A stretch of 64,000 nucleotides of DNA from Tubiluchus corallicola (GCA_030141605.1 JAQGDQ010000433.1:134126-198125); one strand, 5' to 3'; numbered from the stretch's first letter, positions 1 through 13,363 are shown. Numbers and translations are program-made. Notes: generated from the sequence alone by a model not told the origin.

Positions 1-445
1 GTGGACGCTCTATCAAGATCAGGTCAGGTCTCTTCGTGCGGTTCAGCAGAGACATCTGCGTCACATCCTTCGTATTCGCTGGGACGACTATGTGCCAAAC
101 GAAGACGTGCTGGCTCGTGCCAAGATGGAAGATATCGAGGTTACGCTTACTAAGGCTCAACTTCGGTGGTTTGGGCATGTGGTCAGAATGAACGATAAGA
201 GACCGACAAAGGCCCTTCTCCATGGAGAACTAACCAGTGGCTCTCGCAGTGTTGGTCGTCCTCTCCTTCGCTTCAAGGACAAGGTGAAGTTCTCTCTGAG
301 GAAAGGTGGAATGTTGGACAAGTTGCCTTTCGCAGTTCACGACCGTCCTGCATGGAGATCCCTAGTCAACAACTGTGCCGAAAAACTCGATGAAGAAAGA
401 CGGATGCTTCTTAACTACAAGACGGCAAGAAAGACGGCAGCAATG
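1..445 (+). mobile_element. RTE-clade LINE, 3' end of reverse transcriptase ORF (fragment)
   Basis: Translation HILRIRWDDYVPNEDVL...AQLRWFGHVVRM...RPTKALLHGEL..GSRSVGRPLLRFKD matches the typical RTE ORF C-terminus. Confidence 0.85.
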
Positions 446-701
446 CGTCTTAACTACAACCGTCACGTGACATGTGTGTAAAAACAAAGTCTTGTGCCGC
501 ATCAGTTCGGCATAACTTCAGTTGTTTTACGTGGACTTTAGCTAATTATGCATTAGCCTGTGAGTAGAATGATTTACTAGCAGAATCTTGCTTGGGAGCA
601 AGAAAAAATGAGCTAGGTAAAATTCTAGCTAGCTGTTAAAACTGTTACTATTACAACAGCATGAGCTGTGTGGCGTTGTTAAGGCTGTGAAAAGGCTTAT
701 T
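446..701 (+). mobile_element. MITE family B, partial copy
   Basis: Shares gtcacgtgac...gatttactagcag..tcttgcttggga..caagaaaaaatg with other copies; ends ctgtgaaaaggcttatt. Confidence 0.7.
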
Positions 702-1071
702 GCACAAGCTCTGACTCATATTATAAATTAAAATAGCTTTTATTAGTAGGTAGTAAAACCATTTTCAATATTTCTAATATCTACATTTGACACTGCGCTA
801 CAATGAATGGCTTCACAAGTTCATACGCGTCGTACGTTACGCACCGGATACGAGTGAGTGCTCTCGGTCGCATGCGTAGAGTGAACCGGCATTTGGTGAT
901 ACCGCTTAATAAACGATACGTATTGGGGACTGCCTCCAGCTTAACGGAAGTAAATTAGCAGGAGACGAAAGCAAACACTAGCAGCCTGATAAGAGGCAGT
1001 TAACACCACAGCGAAACCCTGTTGTAATAACCATCTATTCTACAAAGGATGTAATCAACCTAGAGCCTGTA

Positions 1072-1443
1072 AATAAGCCTTTTCATAGTTTCGTTGTGCG
1101 CAGGCGCAGATGCTGTAGGTCAAGGTTAAGTGTAACATAGCAAATCGTCTTAACTACAACCGTCACGTGACATGTGGGTAACCCAAAGCATTAGTTCAGT
1201 AATTTCATTTGTTTTGTGTGAAATTTACTTAATTATGCATTAGCCTGTGCGCAGAGTGATTTACTAGCAGGATCTTGCTTGGGAATAAGAAAAAATGAAC
1301 TAGTTAAGGTTCTAGCTAGTTGTTAAAACTGTTACTATTAGAATAGCTTGGGCTACGAGGTGCTGTCAAGTGTACACAAATGCGTTGTCTGGTGCACTTA
1401 ACTACGATCATCATCAATTGCTGGAACTGTGAAAAAGCTTAGT
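1072..1443 (+). mobile_element. MITE family B, full-length (~370 bp)
   Basis: TIR aataagccttttcatagtt / aactgtgaaaaagcttagt; seven copies in the window. Confidence 0.75.
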
Positions 1444-1740
1444 AAATAAAAATTTATTGCACGACAGCATGGTAGATAGGGTAGCAACTTCGTCACGAAC
1501 CAAAATCAGGGGTCGACAACCAATGGTCAGGGAAACCTGCGCGTTCCCTGAAATTCAGATGTTTTATGAGGGTTTTTCAGTAACCACGAGTAGTACAAAT
1601 TTCTTGATTTAAAGTCTTTATAAAAGTCCGTGCAGTACGTCAATTTTTGGAGTTCCTTGCCAGTTCCAATACGTTTTCATATTCTTCGAGCTTTTGGAGA
1701 TAGTTTTAAGCGATGAGCACGTTAATAACTTTATGGTACG

Positions 1741-2232
1741 TTAAAAGAAGACAGGATGATTTTTCATATACTATCCCATTCTCAGGTCCGATAAAAAGTA
1801 TACATTTTAACACAATTAATACAGCAAAAGCGTTTCTGATAATTGAATAATGGATTAAAAACTTAATTAACGGCGGGCGAACCCAACTATTGATGGCATC
1901 ACAAACTAACATATAATTTTCAACATCAAAAATATTCTACGAGCGTGTTGCACGTGTTTGCGAAAGCAAAAATTGAAGTACAGTGTTACTGTAAGATATT
2001 CAGTGTGATGTACTCAAACTAGACAAGTTTTGAAATAATAATTCAAATTTAAATTTACCGCCGTACTCAAGCATGAGCTGTCGAACCTGTGTAGTTTGTC
2101 ACAAACTAACACATCTGAACTGAACGCGAACGTGAAATTGTAAAATTCTTTCACGTAAGTCATTTTTGAGAAAATAGTATGCTTCCTTTCAATATTTGAA
2201 AGAGTAGATTATTTTGACCTACAGTTTAAGAT
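1741..2232 (+). mobile_element. TTAA-flanked non-autonomous DNA element, family A (Kolobok-like)
   Basis: Starts ttaaaagaagacaggatgatttttcatatac; internal sequence shared with more than 10 copies. Confidence 0.7.
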
Positions 2233-2730
2233 TTAAAGGACAAGTCACTTACCATGTTCCCTTTATTTTACTGTTATAACTTAAACTTGAAACATATAAC
2301 AAAGAAATTTGCAAAAAACTGCCTATAAAGCGTAAATTTAAAATAAACTCCCTCTGAATAGACATTTTCAGGCGTGGTGGTGGTGGCCACCATTAACTTA
2401 AAATTATGACGTAATTGGTGAATTTCGTGACTTTCGTAAACGCGTCGTGGCTTTCCGTAAACGAGTGCTGCTTAAACTATTTCAAACTTTGGCAGTTTAC
2501 CAAATACGTATGCAAAAATATGACAAAATTGGCTATCCCCGTCTCTATTTTCCCCCAATTTTTGCTACAACGGCAAGTGCAACACAAGTGATCTTCTGCT
2601 TTAGCTTTAATTTTACCTAAGAAAAGTGGTTTCTTGTCGTTTAAAAGAAAAATTGACCACTTTGTAAGTGTAAATACAATTGTAAGAAGGTAAACGGCAT
2701 TGACTGGAAGTAGAAAGTGAACTAACACGT
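2233..2730 (+). mobile_element. TTAA-starting element, family E
   Basis: ttaaaggacaagtc...aacaaagaaatttgcaaaaaactg similar to 28646-29100 and, reversed, to 60250-60700. Confidence 0.6.
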
Positions 2731-3347
2731 TTAAAGCAATACCTAACCCAATCTTAAACTGTAAGTTAGAACAATCTACTCTAAAATATTGAAAGGAAAC
2801 GTACTATTTTTTTCAAAAATGACTTACATTAAAGAATTATTACCACACAAACACAATTTCACGTTCGCGCCACTAGTTCTTCAATGTTACATAGATTTCA
2901 CCATTCGCTAGTTAGACGGGCACTAGCGTTTGCATTTCGGAAACGCATTGCGCAAAAACAGGTGCTGTACCTCTTAGTGCAGATGCGTTAGTTTGTGACG
3001 AAGCATCACAAGCATGTTTGTATTAGTTTGTCTGAGTATGGCGGTAAATTTAAAATTTTAATTTTTATCTTAAAACTTGCCTAGTTTTTGTACAACACAC
3101 TGAATCTCTTACAATGTACTTCAATTTTCGTTTTTGCAAACACGCTCACGGAATATTTTTCCTGTTGAAAATTGTGTTAGTTTGTGATGTCACCACTAAT
3201 TGGGCTCGCTCGCCATTAATTAAGTTTTTAATCTATTAGTTAATTTTATCAGAAACGCTTTTGCAGTATTAATCGTATTAAAATGTATAGTTTTTATCGG
3301 ACTTAAAAATGGGGCACTATATGAAGAATCATCCTGTTTTCCTTTAA
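2731..3347 (-). mobile_element. Family A TTAA element, full-length
   Basis: ttaaagcaatacc ... catcctgttttcctttaa; TTAA at both ends. Confidence 0.75.
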
Positions 3348-3718
3348 GCGTAAAATACACACATTACAGCATGAAAGGGGTTACGTGTCCTCCATCACTG
3401 TTATGGCAACAAAAGTTTATCGCGCGACCGCTTCGCTTAGTATCAACCAAATGAAGTGACTAAAGACCCATTGTCCGTTCTCACACTCCAAACTTTCTCA
3501 CTAAACTAAATCGTCAAACCATCAGCGGCACAAACTGTTTTACAAAACAGCCACAAATACGGCGATGAATAATTCAAGCTGATATTTCACTCCAATAGAG
3601 GAGCCGCTCATATATAACCCTGTATTTCTTTAAAGTGATCAATTTCCTAGCTGCTCGTGAGGAAAGCGTTCCTAACTGTCCTTTAATGACGCTAGTGAAA
3701 GACTGAAGTAATTTTTAA

Positions 3719-3985
3719 GGCCGCGTTCAGACTCGCAAGCGTGTTCAGACTAGAGAGCAAAACTTGCTGTGAGTTACTCTCCGACAGTAAGCACGAGACG
3801 ACACTGACTTCTCTATTCACTGCAAGAAGTGTCGAGAGTAACTCGCCGAAGCATTCACATTATACAGCAAATTAACTCGCAGCAACTTATGAGAGTTTGC
3901 AATAACTTAATCACAGTACCTCACAAGACAGTTCACATTTGCGAGTTTCTTATCAAAGAGAAAACTCGCTAGTCTGAACGCGCCG
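3719..3985. mobile_element. PIF/Harbinger-like MITE
   Basis: TIR ggccgcgttcagact / agtctgaacgcgcc, flanked by TAA and TTA. Confidence 0.6.
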
Positions 3986-4080
3986 TTAGACTGGCACATG
4001 CTTCAAACCAATAGCATGCAATTAGCTGTAAAACTTACAGGTTCCAGCAACGTAGACTCACCAATATCATCAGCATCCTA

Positions 4081-4332
<252 letters not shown>

Positions 4333-4392
4333 AAGAATAGATCTTGATACATGTTGGCACTGATCTCCTAAATTTCACGCAGATTAAGTTAC

Positions 4393-5376
4393 CTTTTTCT
4401 GTTCATATTTTAGTGACAATTTCAAACGACCCAATGTAAGTTTGTCATTATCATACTCTGCGTCTTCTTCACCAATGTCGCTATCATCGTCGCTGTCATC
4501 ATCAGATGTTTTATTTAATACTGCTATGACCTCGTCTGTACTTCTGCATTGATTCAGCAAATCACACGCATAATCTTTACAGTCATCAGACAATTCAATG
4601 TAGATATCTTTAAATTCATTCTCTTTCATTGCAAGCTTGGACAGCTCCCAAGAGAGCTTGAAGGCGACTAGTATAGGATCTTCGCTGGTCAGCGACATCC
4701 ATGCGGGACTAGCCAAAGCCCGATATGTATTCAATCGTAGTAAAGAATGTCTAAGGCTGTCTATGTTGTGCTGTTCCTTGCAGAAATCACAGTTACACGA
4801 ATGCGGATGTGGTTTTTCTATGGTGGCGCCACGCGACAACAAAAGCTGGAGTATCTCAAACTGATTACAATGACAGGCGAGGATAATTGGGGAGATATCC
4901 CGTGAAAAATCTGGCGATTCGGCTTCGGATTTCCTTTGCAGTGACCAGGCTTCTCCCAGCATATCAGAACTGATGCTGTGATGGTTGATTAGCATTTCGA
5001 CTATCCGGTAAACCCCTTCTTGTATGGCGTATAAAAGAGCGTCTCCAATTTTCACGCCTTCCTGCATTAGTAGAAGTTCTACTATTTCAATATTTTCGTT
5101 GTCTACTGCTATTTGTATGGCAGATCTTCCTAAAATGTTGGTACAATTGACGTTCACAGGACTGGGCTGCTGTAAGCAACGTATGACAGTGTGCTTGTCT
5201 CCTCTTTCTGCCGCTTCTAGGAAGAGGCGCTCTTTCGGATCCATTCGACTGGCGTCCGCCATCGTGTTCAAGGGCATCCTCACAGAGTTGGTTGCAGTTG
5301 CTGAATTGAGGATTGTCGAGTGGCGCCTCGGTGTCTTCTGCATGACCTTATTAGTCACGTTGGCAACAGTCGGCAT
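4393..5376 (-). CDS. TRPC: TRPC/TRP-gamma-like cation channel, first coding exon (ankyrin repeats plus TRP_2 domain), 328 codons
   Basis: FLEAAERGD, NCTNILGRSAIQIAVDNEN, ISPIILACHCNQFEILQLLL, HPHSCNCDFC, DSLRHSLLRLNTYRALASP, DPILVAFKLSWEL. Phase-0 donor AAG|GTAAC at 4392-4391; acceptor TTTTTAG at 5396-5395; in-frame TGA precedes the ATG at 5376. Confidence 0.92.
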
Positions 5377-5492
5377 GATCACTTCTCTTATTCACTAAAA
5401 AGAAAGGGAAAGAACTTGAAAATAAAAATATTAAAAATTGGAACCAAAAACGTTTTAAAAGCCAGGTTAGTTAGTTGGATCAAGTAAGATCC

Positions 5493-5955
5493 TTAAAGGA
5501 CAAGAAAAGTTGTACCTGAAGTAGGTTTCAGAAAAAGCACCTTAAAAAATTATATTACTTTACAGCAATTTTATGCGTATATCGTACTCGCGTTAAAAAG
5601 ATTTTTTGTTTGTTTTCATTTTAAATCTTCCGCAATCCTGTTCCAACTCCGCCATTACATGACGTCACTTATGCAAACGCAAATTACAGGAAGAAAAGGA
5701 AATGCTAAATTATGTCGCAAAAAACTTTCCGTGTAAATCTGTATTACTTAGCATTTCGCTTACCAGCGGGAAAGACTTATATAACTAGATATAATAATTT
5801 AAGATGTTCGTGCCTATTGGTAAAATGTCGCTGACTCACCCTCCAGGGTGCGCCAGTCACTAACCAAAACGTATTTTTAAACTTATTGACAAGATACAGT
5901 AATATAAAATTTTGCTTAGATAGTAATATGTGTGTTACACATTCTCTGATTATTT
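5493..5955 (+). mobile_element. TTAA element family D, 5' part
   Basis: ttaaaggacaagaaaa terminus; internal sequence matches 57455-57720; complementary end ttttcttgtcctttaa at ~57985. Confidence 0.65.
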
Positions 5956-6190
5956 TGTTTTACGTGGACTTTGCGTATTCTGTGTGTAGAGTGATTTACT
6001 AGCAGGATCTTGCTTGGGAACAAGAAAAAATGAACTAGGTAAGGTCCTAGCTAGCCGTTAAAACTGTTACTATTACAACAGCGTGGGCTGTGAGGCGTTG
6101 TCAAGTGTAGACAAATGCGTTGTCACGTACACTTAACCTTTGACCTTTTCACGATCATCATTAATCGGTGAAACTGTGAAGAGACTTATT
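5956..6190 (+). mobile_element. MITE family B, 3' half
   Basis: ggatcttgcttgggaacaag...aactgtgaagagacttatt. Confidence 0.7.
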
Positions 6191-6992
6191 AGATGAATTT
6201 GCCTACAGTGACACCACGTAGATTTCTTGGTCATCTTCCGATATTTTGTAATCACTATAAAACTTAAAAATAATCAGCTGATGCATTTTACGATAAATTT
6301 TATAATTATTACCGACGCAGCGGTCGAGGATACAGAAACTAGAATCCAGCAAACGCAACAGCAATCATGTGAGCGATTAACTTTTATAGTGCGTGTGAAT
6401 GCGACTGTATGTCCCTACTATACATTACCAATTACCAATTACCAACAGACCACATGCCTGTATACTCAATGCTCTATACTCTGTAGTACTGTAGTCCAGT
6501 CGTACATACTCTTTCACAGTGAGCATGTAGTTTGGGTTATCAATTTATATTTTCGTTTGCTTCTTAGTGACAAATGTGATGTTTAAATAAGGCCACTAAA
6601 ATCGTAAGTAGCCATAAATGATTCTACTTATAATACTAATTATCATGTAGTAACGACATAATTTCATATGCGGCCTATTGCTAATATTTTGTAAACAAAC
6701 AATGGTATATTTTCCTTTTAATTTTGATTTTAAATGCGTAATACTAAATCTATCTATAATCGTTTTTTTCTCTCAACTCATTTGCTAATTTTTGCTTACC
6801 TGTTCATCACTGCTGTTAGTTAATTATTAAGAAGATTTTGTTTCGCTAAATTTCTGCAGTTACACTATTTCCTTCTTGTTTTTCGATTTCTGTACTTTGT
6901 AAAGTAAATTTATATCAGGTTTATCGAACCAAATCAAAGCTGTATTGCCGTTTTTGTTAATATAGGTTTGGGTGCAACCACAGTGCGGATTC

Positions 6993-6993
6993 A

Positions 6994-7064
<71 letters not shown>

Positions 7065-7065
7065 T
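6993..7065. repeat. (ATT)n-(AT)n microsatellite
   Basis: Direct observation. Confidence 0.95.
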
Positions 7066-7389
7066 CTGTCGGAAACTCATTTCCTAAGTAAGCAAATTAC
7101 TATTCGTTCTGTATACATAACTGTATGCAGTATTTAAAGAAAGAGTACATAATTACTTCTGTAGTTTTACTGTGCAAGTTTGTATATAGGAAACTTATAC
7201 ACCGTGCTATACCTATACTAACTGCTTAATGAATAGGCCTGGTAAAAGTCCAAGGCAAGAAACAACTTGTTGTGAAAATAGCTATATATTTTCATTTATA
7301 GATTGTACGTTATGAAGTGATAATGTAAATTATGATGTTTTAACTCATATTGCTTTCATTTACAAAAATAATACTTTTCGTGAACAAAA

Positions 7390-7434
<45 letters not shown>

Positions 7435-7461
7435 TGCGTGTGTGTGTGTGTGTGTGTGTGT
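7390..7461. repeat. (GT)n/(GCGT)n microsatellite
   Basis: Direct observation. Confidence 0.95.
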
Positions 7462-8088
7462 TCTCGTCTGTTCTCGTGTATTCTAGAATACTCTATACAC
7501 CTAAAATGTTCAGTCCACATGTATATTACCACAGTGGCTTTCAATATATTGAGTGTTCTAGAATACACGAGAACACACACGGAGCAATTTGTAAAACGTT
7601 GACCGCAAACGGAAAATAAATGTGAAAATAAGTTACAATCGTCATAATTGAATAACTGTATAGTTGTATTAAACTGAATTGAATTAAATGTGAACTTGAA
7701 CTTGTTGCTTACCTGTTTGGCATATTAGTATATGAGCATGCAATATTTGAGTCTCATCCTGTCCCCTAGTGCATAGCTGGAAACAGTCTAATGTCCACTG
7801 TCACGTAGCTTCTGATTAAAGCTACAGTGCACGTCTTTTTCATGTTATTACTCCACACGAGAAATTACCGTATTGAAGCCAAGCTGTTGAAGCCTAAATT
7901 CTCACAATGACATCAACTGTTGCTGCGCCATCTATCCTCTGATAAGAGTAAACTATGTGCGAAAATTGGGAAAACACAATTTTGTTCTAATTGCTTAGGA
8001 TCTTGTTAATTAGCTTCGAATGCGCCATTGTGCATCAAGGGCGAACGTTTATTACACGAAGGAAGATGCCAAGGTCAAAAGCAGCGGC

Positions 8089-8500
8089 AAGGACATAAAG
8101 ACAAAACAATGCTCACGGCAAGGACATAAAGACAAAACAATACCCACGATAAGGACATAAAGACAAAACAATACCCATGGTAAGCACATAAAAACAAAAC
8201 AATACCCACAGTAAGGATGTAAAAACAAAACAATACCCACGATAAGGACATAAAGACAAAACAATAACCACAGTAAGAACGTAAAGACAAAACAATACCC
8301 ACGGTAAGGACGTAAAGCAAAAACAATACCCACGATAAGGACGTAAAGACAAAACAATAATCACAATAAGACGGTAAAACAAAACAATATCCACGGTAAG
8401 GATGTAGAGACAAAACAATATCCACGGTAAGGACGTAAAAACAAAACAATACAAACCGTAAGGACGTAAAGACAAAACATTACCCACAGTTAAGATGTAG
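8089..8500. repeat. 31-bp minisatellite, ~13 copies
   Basis: Unit aaggacataaagacaaaacaatacccacgat recurs at 8089, 8120, 8151 and onward. Confidence 0.9.
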
Positions 8501-8609
8501 AGCTAGTGTCCGTCTAACTAGTGAATGGCGAAATGCTGTTACATTGCTTTAAGGAGTATCGGCAGGTGACGTATCAAAGCATTTCGAAGCCCAATGTTAA
8601 TTGTGTACA

Positions 8610-8611
8610 AA

Positions 8612-8642
<31 letters not shown>

Positions 8643-8691
8643 GCGCACACGCACACGCGCACGCGCACACGCACACACACACACTAATATG

Positions 8692-8745
<54 letters not shown>
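8610..8745. repeat. (CA/CG)n and (TA)n microsatellite
   Basis: Direct observation. Confidence 0.9.
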
Positions 8746-8747
<2 letters not shown>

Positions 8748-10680
8748 GAATATGTCTATAATGTGTATTATTTCGTGTATTATACTACTGTATGTGTGTG
8801 TGTATACAATTTTACCAATCTACTTGTATGTTGTAATAACTGTATTTTTAATAGCCATATTTTGTTTTAGTAGATTAGAATGACGCCATTGCTAATTAAC
8901 AGTTTAGTCATCATAAAATGACTCACTGCTATGCTGCTTCTTTGCTTCTGCGCTATTTACATTGTATATTCAATTGCTTGTCAATTACATATATTTTGAT
9001 GACAATAAATAATTTATCTATCTATCTATCTAGTCGTATCAGCGAATACTGATTAATTAGTTTAGCTACCATTTCTCTCGCACCGATGTACTTATATTAA
9101 CTGCTTCTAACTTGACTATTAGTCGTGTAATTTCTAACTGTGTAATAGTGCTTGTTTACCTTGCTCATTCTTTTTAAAAAGTTTTGTATTTTGTAATTTT
9201 ATGCTGTACTGTAATTCAACCTTTTGGTTGTAATGATGATAAATAAACTTATTATAACTTATTACTTTAATTAATACTTGGGTTGTGTAGTATCTGTAGT
9301 GTTTTATATTTGTGGTGGGTATTTGAAACCATATACATGTGTAATATATGCCCTAATCCTTTACGTACGTATTAACACAAATTGCTATGTTCGAATTTTT
9401 AATTGTACCGTGAGATAGTTTTGCGTTTACGTCAAAATACGTGTGTATATTTCCTATATGGTATGTAGTATTTTATATGAGAGTGTATTTGGAAACGTTG
9501 TTTTTTAAATAGGAGCATTTTGCTGTAGGTAATATAATTTTTACTATATTACTCGTGTTTTTTATGCACTCCTGCTGCACTCGTACTTTTAATTTTTTGC
9601 ACCAGACGCATCTGACTATTAGCAGTGTAGCCCAAGCAATCACTAAATTATATTTCACATTCTATGCTATCATTATTTTATGGCAACTAAAGATATATGA
9701 TATATGATATACATATATATATAATATATATATACATATTTAGTGGGTGCATAGGCCGTTTTTTGGGTTTAATTTTGTTTTCTATTATTGCCATGGTGCT
9801 GCCACCTGTTTTTTGATTTAGTAAGCATTTAGGCTTTTTACATTAGCATTTTGGCCTTTCGTGAGATATATCTGTAGTAGTTGTATGACATTTTACCTGG
9901 CTTTTGGTTCTCTCCGCCATTGTTCTATTTTCTTAGGCATTATGACTGTGAATTTCATCACTAGGGCTACTTGGAGTTCTCATTCCTGTCTTTCTAACTG
10001 TTAAAACCTCTAACAACGCAAGTTACTATTAAAGTTATAAATAACTACGTAAGTTATAATTAATTTCAATATAGTCTACATAATTTTCATATCAGTTCTT
10101 AGTTATAGTCATACACTTAATCATACAACTAGTTCTCTTCTACTCAATGCAAATTAAACTAAATGTTAATAATTGTATTTCAGAATAAAGAAACTTTTGG
10201 CCAACACTTTAAACTGGTGTTTGTTTCCATTTCAGTATGTATGTATATAACATTCAATAACTTTAACATGATTTACTAAATAAGTCGATTTGCCTAGTTT
10301 GCCTAGTATAAAGGTAACCCTGCAATCTGTTTTTATTTGCCCTGCATGCCCAGCATAAAAATTCGATTCGAATTGTTTTTTAGCTCGAATTCGATTAGAA
10401 CCTAAAATACCGTTCTAAATAAACCTTTTAACATATTTTTAAATCGCGCATTTTGGCTCGTTGGTGTTCTGGAGGTTACGTAACATGAAGAACTGACGTG
10501 AAAAACTTGAGGTTTGACAAGGATTTGAACCAGAAGCCTTTCAGATGCAAACCGTACTGATATCCGCTTACACTGCCTAGTCCCCTATGATTACATTTTG
10601 ATTGTTAAATTTGCAATTTTGAGCATCAATTTTATGCGTAACTAGTCGCAACATTAATCTTTAGAAAACTTAACGTATCT

Positions 10681-10885
10681 TCCTTTAATTAACTCAGAAT
10701 ACTAGAGTATTTTCCTTTAATTAACTCAGAAAAATAGAGTATTTTCCTTTAATTAACTCAGAAAACTAGAGTATGTTCCTTTAATTAACTCGGAAAACGA
10801 GAGTATTTTGCTTTCATTAACTCAGAAAACTAGAGTATTTTACTTTAATTAACTCAGAAAACTAGAGTATTTTCCTTTAATTAAC
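10681..10885. repeat. 32-bp minisatellite, ~6 copies
   Basis: Unit tcctttaattaactcagaaaactagagtattt at 10681, 10713, 10745 and onward. Confidence 0.9.
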
Positions 10886-11171
10886 AAATACTTTGGAACA
10901 ACGACAAATTTGTTATAGCAAAGAATCGTCATTTAATTAAATTTACGATACAAAAATACATTTAGCAAAATATCGAATCCATTTTGGCCCAGATTGGAAT
11001 GTAGGCGCCTTCGCATAAACATAAAGAAGCAAAGACGAATTTAGACAATTATGACTCTTCTTCCATTAAACTCCAAAGCTAACATTAGGAATACAGCGCA
11101 TGCGTTGAAAACACGAGGAACAATAATAAATACCGCAATAACTTGGTCTGAGTGTCTAGACAAAATACCTT

Positions 11172-11723
11172 TTAAAGGAAAACCGGATGATTGTGCAAAC
11201 ATTAGTTCAGAATAAAGAATGCTCTAAAATATTCAAATCTACGATAGCTTTTTTAAATCAAAGCTTAGATTAAATAATAATTACCTCGGATACTCAAATT
11301 TCATCAAACATTCGAAGCTACGCGTGGCTCAGTGAATCTACTAAGACTGGCAACGACGCCTTTTTGTCACGTTCGTGTGGCCGACAAATAGAAGGCGGTA
11401 CCGTGATAACCATGATCTCGAACTGCAGTGTTAACTTCTGGCGTCATATGATGTAGAGCCCATTTTTTGTGACATCATGCGTTTAAACAGTACCGTAACG
11501 CTTATCTAAATGTGATTGACGCGCAAGGATGACGCCTGCCATTGCACAAACAGTGATTAGTTTTTGACGTAAGCAATAGCTGTGTTCGGTTGCCGTTAGT
11601 TAACTTTCTAAGCTAATTATTCAAATATAAAAAATTGTTAACTTTTATAGGCAAAAAAATGTATATTCTAGACAGTAAATTAAAATGAGATTGAATCTAA
11701 ACAATCGTCCGGTCTTCCTTTAA
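11172..11723 (+). mobile_element. TTAA element family C (Kolobok-like, related to A)
   Basis: TIR ttaaaggaaaaccggatgattg / caatcgtccggtcttcctttaa. Confidence 0.75.
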
Positions 11724-11884
11724 CATTCAGTTACTGTATGTTAATAAAGCCAGCTTATTAAACCAGTTCTGTAAAGATAATTATTTGTACAAAATTATTT
11801 GTACATAATGATTGGACAATTAACAATGGAAGCAATAAAATTTTTACAAAAGCAAAAGAAAACGTACTTAACCTAATACCTGCA

Positions 11885-12404
11885 TTAAAGGTAAACCGGG
11901 CGATCGTGTAAACACGAGTTTAGAATAAAGAATGCTCTAAAATATTGAAAACTACAACAGCTTTTTTTAAAATTAAAGCTTGGATTAAATAATAATTACC
12001 TCGGATACTCAAATTTCGTTAAACTTTCAAAGCTACGCGCGGTTCAGCGAATACACTAAGACTGGCAATGGTACCCTTTTGTCACATTCGCGTGGCCAAC
12101 AAATATGCGCGGTACCGTGATAAGCATGATTCGTGTTCGTTCGTGATGTAGAACTCATTTGTGTCTTATAGCAATCTTCTCTTGTGCAAACGTGCTTGAT
12201 GCGCATCGAAGATGCCTATCATTGTACAAAGTGTGGTTAGTTTGTGACATAAGCGACAGCTGTGTTGGGTGCCGCTAATGAATTTTCCAAGATAATGATT
12301 CAAATATTAGAAACAATTGCTAACTTTTATAGGCAAGAAAATGTACGTTTTGGATAGTAAATTAAAATGCGATGAGTATAATCAATCGTCCGGTTTTCCT
12401 TTAG
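11885..12404 (+). mobile_element. TTAA element family C, second copy
   Basis: Colinear with 11172-11723, with the same termini. Confidence 0.75.
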
Positions 12405-13022
12405 GTAATCCCATGCTATATTTCTGCAATCTTCATTCTGTAACTTTATTCATCTTTGTTTTATTACGACACGGGCCTTATTACAAGGTTTGTCCTATTC
12501 CGAGCTTGTTTTTGACACTAGAACTAGTAAAGGCATCAATACATTCACGCATATGCTCTCATTTTAACATTTATGTAATTACAAAATTAGATAAACCACT
12601 TAAGTAATCATTATTTACCGATTACATTCACAAGCTGATAACGTATTTTATAAATAACAACAAATTATTATACACAATAATTATTTGGTAATACGTAATG
12701 ACTTGTAATAATAACAAATGTTTAATTATCTTATAATATTCACGATGTAAGTGAAAGTTGTAACACTTAGACAAATTTTGACATTAACAACAAAGATTTT
12801 TCTTTATTTTACAGTTGTAGCTTGATAAACACTAAAACATTTTACAAACAATTTCCACCATGATAGATGGACTGATTACATGAGAAATATTGACAGCTAA
12901 AGTTATCAAAATTCTTTATGACAAAAAATGTATCCGTTTCAGAAACAACCTAATTTTATTAAACATTTATTGGAAAAATCTCGTTTTTCTACTCTACACA
13001 TGCAGTCATCGTCAAAACTTAT

Positions 13023-13288
13023 ATAAACAACTCGCTATAATATAATAAATTTATGAAATTTTATTATAAAAATTCAACGTTTTCACTGCACTCTAGCAAT
13101 CTTTGTGAGCAGAAATATAAAGAATGGTTTAAAATTCCTAACAGATTTGTGATAATGTTTACGTTTTGTTCACGAATTTAAAATCATTCTTTACATTTTC
13201 GCTGAAGAAGACTGCCAGAGTACAGTGAAAATGTTGAATTTTTATAATAAAATATAATAAATTTATAATATTATAGCGAATTGTTTAT
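13023..13288. repeat. Foldback inverted repeat (~120-bp arms, short loop)
   Basis: ataaacaactcgctataat...tttcactgcactctagcaatctt pairs with aagactgccagagtacagtgaaa...attatagcgaattgtttat. Confidence 0.85.
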
Positions 13289-13363
13289 GAAATTGACAGT
13301 TAGCTGGCTGCAGTTGTACTGGCTTATACATTCATATCGTATTCATAACAGTTTTACAGTTAC

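Noticed and set aside
10505-10585. tRNA-like sequence (minus-strand B-box GGTTCAAATCC)
   Set aside because: No credible cloverleaf or A-box; at most a decayed SINE head.
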